NCBI GenBank assembly: GCA_964437545.1
Contig: CAYTHH010000001.1
Location: 118,036 to 152,377, forward strand
Source: an uncultured Candidatus Saccharibacteria bacterium
Lineage (GTDB): Bacteria; Patescibacteriota; Minisyncoccia; Minisyncoccales; GWA2-46-15
Direction: 5' to 3'
DNA length: 34,342 nucleotides
The position numbers and the translations under genes were made by a program. A model generated the notes under the pieces. It worked only from the letters and a program-made list of their open reading frames with translations. It did not search any database and had not been told where the DNA came from. The stretch's first letter is position 1, and each line of letters starts with the position of its first letter. Of the stretch, positions 17,479 through 25,618 are shown piece after piece.

Positions 17479-17516
17479 TATACCCATTCTATCACGATCG
17501 TAATAATTTGGGTATG
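17479..17516. repeat. 38-bp palindromic repeat, upstream copy, overlapping an extended -10
   Basis: TATACCCATTCTATCACGATCGTAATAATTTGGGTATG; minus strand reads TG-A-TAGAAT 9 nt before ATG. Confidence 0.9.
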
Positions 17517-17534
17517 GTATGAAATTATAGAATA

Positions 17535-18260
17535 CTACTTTGCTTTTTTACCTAATGCTTTTAAGATATTTTTAAAAACTATAGCTGGAGCCGGAGAACC
17601 GTTGATTTTTTTCACTAGAATGCCTTGCTCTTTAAAGTAACTAACCATGGGCAAGGTGGTATTTTTATAGACTCGCAAGCGCTCCTTGATGATTTGAGGA
17701 TCGTCCAAACCTTTTCTCTTGAGTAACTTAGAGCCATCTAAAGGACAATTCTTCAGATTAGCTGTTTCTTTAGAAAATAGTATGGGATGGCGCATTAATT
17801 CGCATATCTTGCGATGAGAATTCCTGAAAATGCTTTCTTGAGCTGAAACTTCAAGTAAAATAACCTTAATATTTTTAACGCCGTAAAGTTTTTTCAGAAA
17901 CGGCATTAAATCTTTTGCCTGGTCAACTGAACGAGGACTGCCAGCTAAAAGCAAACTTTCCCCTTTCTTAAAATATTCAGAAATCTTTTCGCTCATTAAA
18001 AAATTGACAAAAGGATCGCTATTCAAAAGACCAGTCTGCCATCTTTTTTTCTCATCAGCCAGAAAATACTTTTTGCCCTTAACAGCAATAAAATCATTCT
18101 TGCTGGCACTCATCATTTTGGCTTCAAGAACCTTGCTCGTCTCGAGATAATACAAGCTAAACTGATCAGCTAAAAGTTCGGCCTGAGTTCCTTTGCCAGA
18201 ACCCGGAGCACCCATTATTATTACTACTTTTTTCTGGTTCTTTGATTGAACTTTTCTCAT
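17535..18260 (-). CDS. adk: Adenylate kinase
   Basis: P-loop GAPGSGKGTQA, GSPRS..QA, LID region; position after secY. Confidence 0.9.
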   Translation of the reverse strand: MRKVQSKNQKKVVIIMGAPGSGKGTQAELLADQFSLYYLETSKVLEAKMMSASKNDFIAVKGKKYFLADEKKRWQTGLLNSDPFVNFLMSEKISEYFKKGESLLLAGSPRSVDQAKDLMPFLKKLYGVKNIKVILLEVSAQESIFRNSHRKICELMRHPILFSKETANLKNCPLDGSKLLKRKGLDDPQIIKERLRVYKNTTLPMVSYFKEQGILVKKINGSPAPAIVFKNILKALGKKAK

Positions 18261-18299
18261 AGATTTTATATTACCTAAAAATAGAATGCTTAATTAAAG

Positions 18300-18364
18300 G
18301 CTGATTTATACGGATACTGCTGATTTATGCCGATCTGTATTAATCAGTTAAATCAGCATTAATC
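18300..18364. repeat. GCTGATTTA/TAAATCAGC repeat-hairpin element
   Basis: GCTGATTTA at 18300 and 18319; TAAATCAGC at 18349 plus further TAATC copies. Confidence 0.6.
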
Positions 18365-18369
18365 GATGT

Positions 18370-19647
18370 CTAGAAAGTATCGTATTCTCTCATTTCCAGT
18401 TGGGCATTGATGGCATTCAGAGTTTCCAAGACCACGCTAACAACAATTAAAAGCGAAGTGCCGCCAACCAAAAATTGAAAAGATTGCACCCCGGTTAACC
18501 CTTGGACAATTGAAGGCATAACCGCGATCAACCCCAAGGACAAAGCGCCAACCACCAGAATCTTGTTTAAAACAGAAGATAGAAATTCAGCCGTCGAACT
18601 CCCTGGCCTGATGCCGGGAATAAAGCCGCCCATTTTCTGCAAGTTTTCAGCAATTGATTTGGGATCAAAAGTAACCATGGTATAGAAAAAGGTAAAAACG
18701 AAAACAAGTAAAAAGTAGAGGACGCCATGGATCCAAGGATCTTGGAAAAAGCTGGAAACCCCGACAAAGAACTTGCCAACGTTGCCAGGAGAGCCAACAA
18801 AAAAGTTGGCAATCATAGTTGGAAACAAAAGAAAAGAAATCGCAAAGATAATCGGAATCACTCCGGCCGGATTAACATTAATCGGCAAGTAGGTTGAAAC
18901 TCCGCCATATAGCTTATTGCCCCTGACTCTTTTGGCATAAGAAACCGGAATATTTCTCCGAGCTTCAGTAATCAAAACTACACCGGCAATAATGGCAATT
19001 GAAGAAATAAAGAAAAGAATGTAAGAAAGTAGCTTAGTAGGATCATAAACTAAAGCCATTTGCCTGATACTGTTTGGAAAATCAGCAATAATACCGGCGA
19101 AAATCAGCAAAGAAATACCGTTGCCCATTTTCTTTTCAGAAATCAATTCCCCAAGCCAAACCAGCAGCATACTGGCAGCAGCCATTGTTAAAAGAGAAGA
19201 AAACATTAATAAAGGCGATAACTCACCGATAATTTGCTGTCTTTTGAAAACGATCAACATTGAATAGCCCTGTAAAAAAGCTAAAGGCACGGTTAAAATC
19301 CGGCCATACTGGTTAAACTTCTGTCTTCCCTTCTCCCCTTCTTCTTTATAAAGTTTTTCCAGAGCTGGAAAAATCATTGTCAGCAACTGTAAGATAATGG
19401 TGCCGGTAATATAAGGACCAACGCCAAGCATAACAATCGAGAGGTTGTCTAAAGCACCTCCTGAAAAAATATTCAATAGTCCAAAAAACTGATTACCTTC
19501 GAGAAACTGCCTTAGTTTATCAGTTTCAATTCCGGGAATTGGAATATTGGCCATAATTCTGAAAATGATAAAAACCCCTAAGATAAATAGAATCTTGTTC
19601 CTTAATTCTGATACTTTGAAAATTTGTAAAAACTTTTTATACCACAT
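18370..19647 (-). CDS. secY: Preprotein translocase subunit SecY
   Basis: LGVGPYIT, GNGISLLIF, AGVIPIIFA, FIPGIRPG, GGTSLLIVV. Confidence 0.99.
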   Translation of the reverse strand: MWYKKFLQIFKVSELRNKILFILGVFIIFRIMANIPIPGIETDKLRQFLEGNQFFGLLNIFSGGALDNLSIVMLGVGPYITGTIILQLLTMIFPALEKLYKEEGEKGRQKFNQYGRILTVPLAFLQGYSMLIVFKRQQIIGELSPLLMFSSLLTMAAASMLLVWLGELISEKKMGNGISLLIFAGIIADFPNSIRQMALVYDPTKLLSYILFFISSIAIIAGVVLITEARRNIPVSYAKRVRGNKLYGGVSTYLPINVNPAGVIPIIFAISFLLFPTMIANFFVGSPGNVGKFFVGVSSFFQDPWIHGVLYFLLVFVFTFFYTMVTFDPKSIAENLQKMGGFIPGIRPGSSTAEFLSSVLNKILVVGALSLGLIAVMPSIVQGLTGVQSFQFLVGGTSLLIVVSVVLETLNAINAQLEMREYDTF

Positions 19648-19686
19648 TTTTTAGATAGTTTAAATACATTAGCTAAGGCAGCACTG

Positions 19687-20118
19687 TTATTTAATTGTTG
19701 ATTTGGATTTTTTAATCTTAGCCAAAGCTGATGTTGTATAAGTGCAGCCTTCAAAAATCAAAGTCTTGGTTAAATGGCCATTTCCTAGAATTTTTAATCC
19801 GAAAGTCTTTTTTCTGGGCAAAGAAATCAGCTTCTTTTCAGCTAAAGTCTGGCGATTAACTGTTTCGCCCTTGTTATAGGCTTTTTCAATCTGACCCAAA
19901 TTCAACTCAAGTCTTATTCTTGGCATAGTTGACGAAACATGGCCTTTAAGCTTAGGATATCTTTTCATAATATCCCTGATAACTGGCTTTAAGTGTTTAC
20001 CAGCTCTGGTTTTTTGACCCTTAACACCCCGGCCACAATAAGTGCCCTTTTTACCGCCCCTGCCCTTCCTTTTGGCAATATCTCTCTTATGAGTTTGTTT
20101 GACTTGGTATAGCTGCAT
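19687..20118 (-). CDS. rplO: 50S ribosomal protein L15
   Basis: GRGGKKGTYCGRGVKGQKTRAG, KILGNG. Confidence 0.95.
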   Translation of the reverse strand: MQLYQVKQTHKRDIAKRKGRGGKKGTYCGRGVKGQKTRAGKHLKPVIRDIMKRYPKLKGHVSSTMPRIRLELNLGQIEKAYNKGETVNRQTLAEKKLISLPRKKTFGLKILGNGHLTKTLIFEGCTYTTSALAKIKKSKSTIK

Positions 20119-20626
20119 TTTTGATAGCTTTAAGTTTCAATTTTTTCAAAGCTGCCATAGTGGCTCGAGCATTATTAAGCTTGTTGCTAGTCCGCCCTAT
20201 TTGTTTTGATGAAATATTTTTAATACCAGCTAAAAGACAAATTGTTCTGATTGTGCCTCCAGCCACTAATCCCCTGCCCTGGCGCTGGGGTTTTAACATA
20301 ATTCTGGCTGGACCGTATTTAGCATAAATCTCGTGGGGAATAGTGTCATTGATAATCGGCACTTCAATTAGATTTTTTTTAGCTAACTTGGTGGCTTTTT
20401 GAACTGATTGTTGAACATCTAATCCCTTAGAAACGCCGACTCCAACTTTGCCCTTTTTATTACCAACCACCACCACTGACCTAAATCTCATATGCTTGCC
20501 GCCAGCCGTCACTCTGGTTACCCTGGCTAAATCTAAAAGTTTGGAATCATATTCGGACACCGGTTTAACAAAAGCCCTCCTGCGTCCGCCTCTCTGTTGT
20601 CCGCCAAAATTTCTTGTAAAAGCCAT
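20087..20626 (-). CDS. rpsE: 30S ribosomal protein S5
   Basis: RVTRVTAGG, VVVGNKKG.VG.G, TIPHE. Confidence 0.98.
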   Translation of the reverse strand: MAFTRNFGGQQRGGRRRAFVKPVSEYDSKLLDLARVTRVTAGGKHMRFRSVVVVGNKKGKVGVGVSKGLDVQQSVQKATKLAKKNLIEVPIINDTIPHEIYAKYGPARIMLKPQRQGRGLVAGGTIRTICLLAGIKNISSKQIGRTSNKLNNARATMAALKKLKLKAIKNAAIPSQTNS

Positions 20627-20666
20627 ATTGATTGGATAAATTTAAAAACGAGTTAGTTTTAATAAG

Positions 20667-21038
20667 TTAAAAATGAAGACCAGCTTTTCTGGCAGCTTCA
20701 GCTAAAGCCTTAACTCGGCCATGATATTTAAAACCAGAACGGTCGAAAACAACCTTTGTAATCTTTTTTTTGCCAGCTTTATCGGCAATTAACTTGCCGA
20801 CCTCACTAGCTGCTTTAGTTTTAGTCGCCCGCACTGACCGGGTTTTTTTTAATTCAAGACTAGAAGCAGATCCCAGAATTTTACCATTAATGTCATCTAC
20901 CAATTGAGCATATGTATGTTGGCTGGATTTGAAAACAGAAAGTCGGGGCATAGCTAACGTTCCCTTGATTTTAGCTCGGATCCTGGCGTGACGCCGTTGA
21001 CGTCTTTGTATTTTTTGTTTGTTTTCTTTGGGATTCAT
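20667..21038 (-). CDS. rplR: 50S ribosomal protein L18
   Basis: PRLSVFKS, VVFDRSGFKYHGRVKALA. Confidence 0.98.
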   Translation of the reverse strand: MNPKENKQKIQRRQRRHARIRAKIKGTLAMPRLSVFKSSQHTYAQLVDDINGKILGSASSLELKKTRSVRATKTKAASEVGKLIADKAGKKKITKVVFDRSGFKYHGRVKALAEAARKAGLHF

Positions 21039-21089
21039 TTCAAATTATATGTCTGTAAATTCTTGCTAGAATTTATATTTTTTTCTTTT

Positions 21090-21665
21090 TTAGGCAACGG
21101 TACCTGCCTTCTTGCCAGGCTTTTTCTTAATCACCTCGCCCTGATATCTTACTCCTTTGCCTTTATAGGCATCAGGAACTCTTAATTTCTTAATTGTTGA
21201 AGCGGTCTGGCCAACTAATTCTTTATCAATACCGGTGACTTTAATAACATTTTTTAAAACCGAAATATCAATTCCAGGCACTTTTGTTATCTTCAGGTCA
21301 TGGCTATAGCCAAGAAATAGAACCAAGTCTCCATTAGCTTCAACATTAGCCTTGTATCCTAGCCCCTCAAACTCAAGGGACTTTTCATAACCCTGAACTA
21401 CTCCCTGGATCATATTAAAAATCCGGCTCCTGGTCAAACCCCAAAAAGACTTGATCTTTTTCTTCTGACCCGAAGTTAGTTTCCGACCTTCTTTTTGTTT
21501 TTCTAAAGAAACAAAAATCTGATTGTCTTTGATTTCAATCTTAACCTCTTTGGGAAAAGTAAAACTAAGCTCACCCTTAGGACCGGTGACAGTAACTTTT
21601 CCGTCTTTAAATTCAGTTTTAACCTCTGCAGGAATTAAAATTGGTTGTTTTCCAATACGTGACAT
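21090..21665 (-). CDS. rplF: 50S ribosomal protein L6
   Basis: MSRIGKQPI, GPKGEL, YKGKGVRY. Confidence 0.98.
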   Translation of the reverse strand: MSRIGKQPILIPAEVKTEFKDGKVTVTGPKGELSFTFPKEVKIEIKDNQIFVSLEKQKEGRKLTSGQKKKIKSFWGLTRSRIFNMIQGVVQGYEKSLEFEGLGYKANVEANGDLVLFLGYSHDLKITKVPGIDISVLKNVIKVTGIDKELVGQTASTIKKLRVPDAYKGKGVRYQGEVIKKKPGKKAGTVA

Positions 21666-21674
21666 AGTTTTAAA

Positions 21675-22061
21675 TTACCAGATTTCACAAATTACTTCAC
21701 CGCCTAAATTATTCTTTTTGGCCAAAAACCCCGGCATGACTCCTTTTGAAGTAGAAACAATCACAATTCCTCGGCCGCCCTTGGTTGATTTTATCTTAGC
21801 GGTTGGAAAATAAGTCCTCTGGCTGGGCTTGGAAACTTTCTTGAAGCTGGAAATCATTGGCAAACCATCTTGATACTTTAAATTAACGTCCAGAACTTTT
21901 TTAACGCCTCGACCTCTTTTTTCAACCTTGGAAATATAATCAAACTTTTTCAAAACTTTTAAGATTTCGTGCTTAAAATTAGAATAGCTGAAAGAAACCG
22001 TTTCCTTTGAAACCGCTTGAGCATTTTTTATTTCGTTGAGCATTTGAGCTACCGGGTCCAT
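21675..22061 (-). CDS. rpsH: 30S ribosomal protein S8
   Basis: MDPVAQML, VSKPSQR.Y, STSKGVM, GGEVIC. Confidence 0.97.
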   Translation of the reverse strand: MDPVAQMLNEIKNAQAVSKETVSFSYSNFKHEILKVLKKFDYISKVEKRGRGVKKVLDVNLKYQDGLPMISSFKKVSKPSQRTYFPTAKIKSTKGGRGIVIVSTSKGVMPGFLAKKNNLGGEVICEIW

Positions 22062-22081
22062 ATATTTAGATTATATTATCA

Positions 22082-22267
22082 TTACCAACTGCTTTTTGTA
22101 ACTCCAGGAATTTCTCCGCGACAAGCGGCTTCCCTAAAACAAATCCGGCAAAGACCAAAATCTCCCATATAGCCTCTGGCTCGGCCGCACCTAAAACAAC
22201 GCCTGACAATCCTGGTTGAGAATTTTGGTTTTTTATTTGATTTTGCGATTTGTCCTTCAGTAGCCAT
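22082..22267 (-). CDS. rpsN: 30S ribosomal protein S14, zinc type
   Basis: [22 protein letters not shown]. Confidence 0.98.
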   Translation of the reverse strand: MATEGQIAKSNKKPKFSTRIVRRCFRCGRARGYMGDFGLCRICFREAACRGEIPGVTKSSW

Positions 22268-22338
22268 GTCTTTTTAAATCTTTAAATATAAGTGTTATGT
22301 CTTTTTAAATCTTTAAATATAAGTGTTATGTCTTTTAA
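22266..22338. repeat. 31-bp tandem repeat, ~2.3 copies
   Basis: ATGTCTTTTTAAATCTTTAAATATAAGTGTT at 22266 and 22297, partial at 22328. Confidence 0.9.
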
Positions 22339-22359
22339 AAAATTATTATTAGGATTATG

Positions 22360-22920
22360 TTATTTAGACTTAATGGGAAATCCTAGTAATTTTAATAATT
22401 TAATCCCCTCTTCTTTGTTTCGGGCTGTAGTTGAAATAACTATTTCCAAACCAAAGATCCTTTTAACGCTTTCGGGAGATACTTCGGGAAAAATAGTCTG
22501 TTCCTTGACGCCGATAGTTAGGTTTCCAGTCTTATCAATGCTGCTTTCTTTAAGCCCTTGAAAGTCTTTGGACCTTGGCAGAGCTATCCAAACCAGCTTA
22601 TCAATAAAATCGTGCATTTTCTTCTTCCTTAGGGTAACTTTAGCGCCAATAGCAATCCCCTTTCTTAATTTAAAGGAAGCAATGGATTTCTTAGAATAGG
22701 TTAGAACTGCTTTCTGTCCGCAAATCATAGTCAAATCTTCTAAAACTATTTGAGAAATCTTTTTCACTTCGTCGCCAGAAGTCCCGGCTACTTGCTTTCC
22801 AAAACCAGTATTAACTACTACCTTGCTGATCATTGGTACCGCCATATCATTCTTATAGCCAAAAGCTGCTTTCATTCCGGGAATTACTTCTTTTTTATAT
22901 CTTTCATTAAAACGCAACAT
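22360..22920 (-). CDS. rplE: 50S ribosomal protein L5
   Basis: KVVVNTG.G, SIASFKLR, KVTLR, LPR..DF.G. Confidence 0.98.
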   Translation of the reverse strand: MLRFNERYKKEVIPGMKAAFGYKNDMAVPMISKVVVNTGFGKQVAGTSGDEVKKISQIVLEDLTMICGQKAVLTYSKKSIASFKLRKGIAIGAKVTLRKKKMHDFIDKLVWIALPRSKDFQGLKESSIDKTGNLTIGVKEQTIFPEVSPESVKRIFGLEIVISTTARNKEEGIKLLKLLGFPIKSK

Positions 22921-22928
22921 GTTTTTTA

Positions 22929-23007
22929 CCTACTAATTACGAATAGGTCGAATATACCAATAGATTTTTTATACAGATTCGTATATTCGTATAAATTAGT
23001 AATTCGT
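22929..23007. repeat. TACGAAT/TACTAAT heptamer palindromic element
   Basis: CCTACTAATTACGAAT ... ATTAGTAATTCGTA ends. Confidence 0.8.
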
Positions 23008-23011
23008 AGAA

Positions 23012-23317
23012 TCATATTTCTTGATGACATTTTTTACAAAACCTAAACTTATCCTTGCCAACAACCTTGTAGCCAATTCTGGCTGGCTGGCCGCATTTCG
23101 GACAAATCAGCTTGGTATTGGCAACGTTAATTGGTATTGAAATTTGAACAGTTTCCCCTTTTTCTCCGCTTTTCTTGGGCTTAACGTGTTTTTTCCTTAA
23201 GTTAAGACCTTCAACTAGAATCTTATTTTCCTTTGGGAATACTTTCAAAACCTTGCCCTTTTTAAGCCTATCTTTCCCAGAAACAACAATAACCGAATCG
23301 CCTTTTTTTATTTTCAT
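23012..23317 (-). CDS. rplX: 50S ribosomal protein L24
   Basis: MKIKKGDSV.V.SGKD, VEGLN, CPKC; start ATG 23317. Confidence 0.97.
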   Translation of the reverse strand: MKIKKGDSVIVVSGKDRLKKGKVLKVFPKENKILVEGLNLRKKHVKPKKSGEKGETVQISIPINVANTKLICPKCGQPARIGYKVVGKDKFRFCKKCHQEI

Positions 23318-23398
23318 AATTTTGAACAAAGTGAGAAATTATGGAATCAAGATTTTATTGAGTAAAACGAAGTAAAATTTATTTTCATAAATCGTGAA

Positions 23399-23770
23399 TT
23401 AAACTATTTCTTTGGCCATGGTAGCAATCTTGTCATAACCTCTTTCTTTCAACTCTCTGGGAATTGGGCCAAAAATTCGACCGCCTTTTGGGTCTTTGGT
23501 TGTTCCGTCCAGAATCACCGCAGCATTTTCGTCAAAACGAATATAGCTGCCATTTTTTCGACGGAAAGATTTCTTTTGCCTAACAATTACTGCTTTAATA
23601 ATATCATGCTTTTTAACAATCCTTCTAGGTTCAGCTTCCTTAACCACAGCCACAATGGTATCGCCAATCTGCCCGGTCCTTCTTCGTGAGCCACCTCTAA
23701 CCTGAATACATTCAATGATTTTAGCACCGCTGTTATCAGCTACTTTTAAATTGGTTAGCAATTGGATCAT
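23399..23770 (-). CDS. rplN: 50S ribosomal protein L14
   Basis: [23 protein letters not shown]; start ATG 23770. Confidence 0.98.
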   Translation of the reverse strand: MIQLLTNLKVADNSGAKIIECIQVRGGSRRRTGQIGDTIVAVVKEAEPRRIVKKHDIIKAVIVRQKKSFRRKNGSYIRFDENAAVILDGTTKDPKGGRIFGPIPRELKERGYDKIATMAKEIV

Positions 23771-23777
23771 AATTGAA

Positions 23778-24029
23778 TCATAGTTTGGCTTTAGGCGTTT
23801 TTTGAAAAACAACTCTCCATTTTTTGTTTTTAGAAAGAGGCCGGCATTCTTCAATCATAACCGTTTCTCCAGTCTTAGAAAGATTTTTTTCGTCATGAGC
23901 CTGATACCTTTTAAAAACCTTGTACCTGGCTCTGTATTTAGGATAAAACCTTAAGCTTTCAACCTTAACTACGACTGTCTTAGACATCTTATCGGAAACG
24001 ACAATTCCAGTTAATTTTCGCTTTGGCAT
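23778..24029 (-). CDS. rpsQ: 30S ribosomal protein S17
   Basis: [29 protein letters not shown]; start ATG 24029. Confidence 0.97.
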   Translation of the reverse strand: MPKRKLTGIVVSDKMSKTVVVKVESLRFYPKYRARYKVFKRYQAHDEKNLSKTGETVMIEECRPLSKNKKWRVVFQKTPKAKL

Positions 24030-24030
24030 A

Positions 24031-24167
24031 CCAGGTAGTAGAAACTCGACTAGTAGCAAAGCTTCTTTGCTATCTAAATCGATGTTTCCTTGGTTAATTG
24101 TATTAATTTACTCTTTTGTGCCAGATAATTCTTATCTTAAAGAAGCGGTCGAGTTTTCACTACCTGG
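24031..24167. mobile_element. CCAGGTAG-ended inverted-repeat element at the rpsQ start codon, flanked by CATA direct repeats
   Basis: 20-bp TIRs (18/20); CATA at 24027-24030 and 24168-24171; 24027-24052 identical to 11509-11534. Confidence 0.8.
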
Positions 24168-24171
24168 CATA

Positions 24172-24372
24172 CTATTGTTTTTTCTGTTTTAAAATAGTAG
24201 CAATTCTAGCAACGTCCTTTTTTAATTCACTAATTTCACGGACATTCTTTAACTTACCCGAAGCAGACAAAAACCGCAAGGAGGTCAGCTTTTCTTTAAG
24301 CTGGTTTAAGCTAACTTTCAGAGTTTCTGGTGAAAGTTGCTGCCATTCTTTTATCTTTAAAGTTGCTTTCAT
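24172..24372 (-). CDS. rpmC: 50S ribosomal protein L29
   Basis: LRF...SGKLKN, KKDVARIATI; synteny. Confidence 0.95.
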   Translation of the reverse strand: MKATLKIKEWQQLSPETLKVSLNQLKEKLTSLRFLSASGKLKNVREISELKKDVARIATILKQKKQ

Positions 24373-24405
24373 GTTAATACTTCATTTAATTTAGACCGAG
24401 TTTAC

Positions 24406-24813
24406 TCAATCTTTTTTCACAAATTTAGTTTTAATCGGCAGTTTATCACCGGCAGTTTTTAAAGCTTTCCTGGCTGCTTCTTCGGTAATGCCATCTATTT
24501 CAAAGATAAGACGGCCTGGCCTAATCGGAAAAACATAACGGTCAACGGCACCCTTACCGCCTCCTAACGGCACTTCTTGTCCCTTGCTAGTCACTGGTTT
24601 ATCTGGAAAAATCCTGATCCACATTTTGCCGCCTTTCTTAAAATATCTTAAAATAGCTCTACGGGCTGCCTCAATTTGGCGGCTGGTAATCCAGGATGTG
24701 CCCATACTCTTTAATCCAAAAGCGCCAAAATTAAGCTCGGTGGCCCTATTTTCAATGCCCCGAGACCTACCCTTGTGCCACTTCCTATGTTTTACTTTTT
24801 TTGGTAGAAGCAT
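24406..24813 (-). CDS. rplP: 50S ribosomal protein L16
   Basis: MLLPKKVKHRK, RQIEAAR, WIRIFPDKP, KLPIKT. Confidence 0.98.
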   Translation of the reverse strand: MLLPKKVKHRKWHKGRSRGIENRATELNFGAFGLKSMGTSWITSRQIEAARRAILRYFKKGGKMWIRIFPDKPVTSKGQEVPLGGGKGAVDRYVFPIRPGRLIFEIDGITEEAARKALKTAGDKLPIKTKFVKKD

Positions 24814-24829
24814 GATTGTTGAACGTTAG

Positions 24830-24947
24830 TGAGATAATCACCCCGCCCTCTATGCCTGTTGAATTTTAGTTAGCAGATAAATTTTCGCTATTATGTCTGG
24901 TTATCCGTTTAACCGTAATTCCACGGGCTTAGAGGGCGGGGTTCTCA
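24830..24947. repeat. GC-rich long inverted-repeat element between rpsC and rplP
   Basis: ACCCCGCCCTCTA (24840-24852) / TAGAGGGCGGGGT (24930-24942), stem extends ~13 bp inward imperfectly. Confidence 0.8.
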
Positions 24948-24949
24948 TT

Positions 24950-25612
24950 TTATTCGAACTTATCGCCTTTATAAAGCCAAACCTTAATGCCAATCGTGCC
25001 ATAAGTGCAGTAAGCTGAAGTATGGGCATAATCAATATCAGCTCTCAAGGTTTGTCTGGGCAACCGGCCCTTTTTTAACCATTCTCTCCTGGCAATTTCA
25101 TTACCATCGAGTCGGCCCGCTATCTCAATCTTAGCTCCCTTAATATCTTTACTCTCCATGACGTTTTCTAAAGAACGTTTAATAACTCTCCTAAAAGGAA
25201 CTCTTTTAACGACCTGCTTGGCAATAGCTTGACCAATTAAAGCAGCTGAGGTCCAAGGATTTTTAATTTCCTGAATTTCAATTCTGAGCTCAGGAACTTT
25301 AACACCATGCCTCTTCTTGCGTAAAGCCATGAGTTTAGATTTTAATTCTTTTTTCAGTTCTTCAGCACCGCTGCCGCCTCGGCCAATAATTAATCCTGGT
25401 CTGGCACTTTTAATAATAATATTTAGCTTGGCTGGAAATCTCTCAATCTTAATTGAATCAACAGCCGCTTCTTCGAGTTTCTTTAAAAGAAACTTCCTTA
25501 TAAAAAAGTCTTGTTCTAACTGCTTGGGAAATTTCTTACCGTAAAAACCACGGTTTTCCCAATCGTCCATTCTCTTTATTCTTAAAACTTTAGGATGAGC
25601 TTTATGTGTCAT
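24950..25612 (-). CDS. rpsC: 30S ribosomal protein S3
   Basis: RPGLIIGRGG, GRLDGNEIARRE, TLRADIDY, GIKVWLY. Confidence 0.98.
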   Translation of the reverse strand: MTHKAHPKVLRIKRMDDWENRGFYGKKFPKQLEQDFFIRKFLLKKLEEAAVDSIKIERFPAKLNIIIKSARPGLIIGRGGSGAEELKKELKSKLMALRKKRHGVKVPELRIEIQEIKNPWTSAALIGQAIAKQVVKRVPFRRVIKRSLENVMESKDIKGAKIEIAGRLDGNEIARREWLKKGRLPRQTLRADIDYAHTSAYCTYGTIGIKVWLYKGDKFE

Positions 25613-25618
25613 GTTTTC

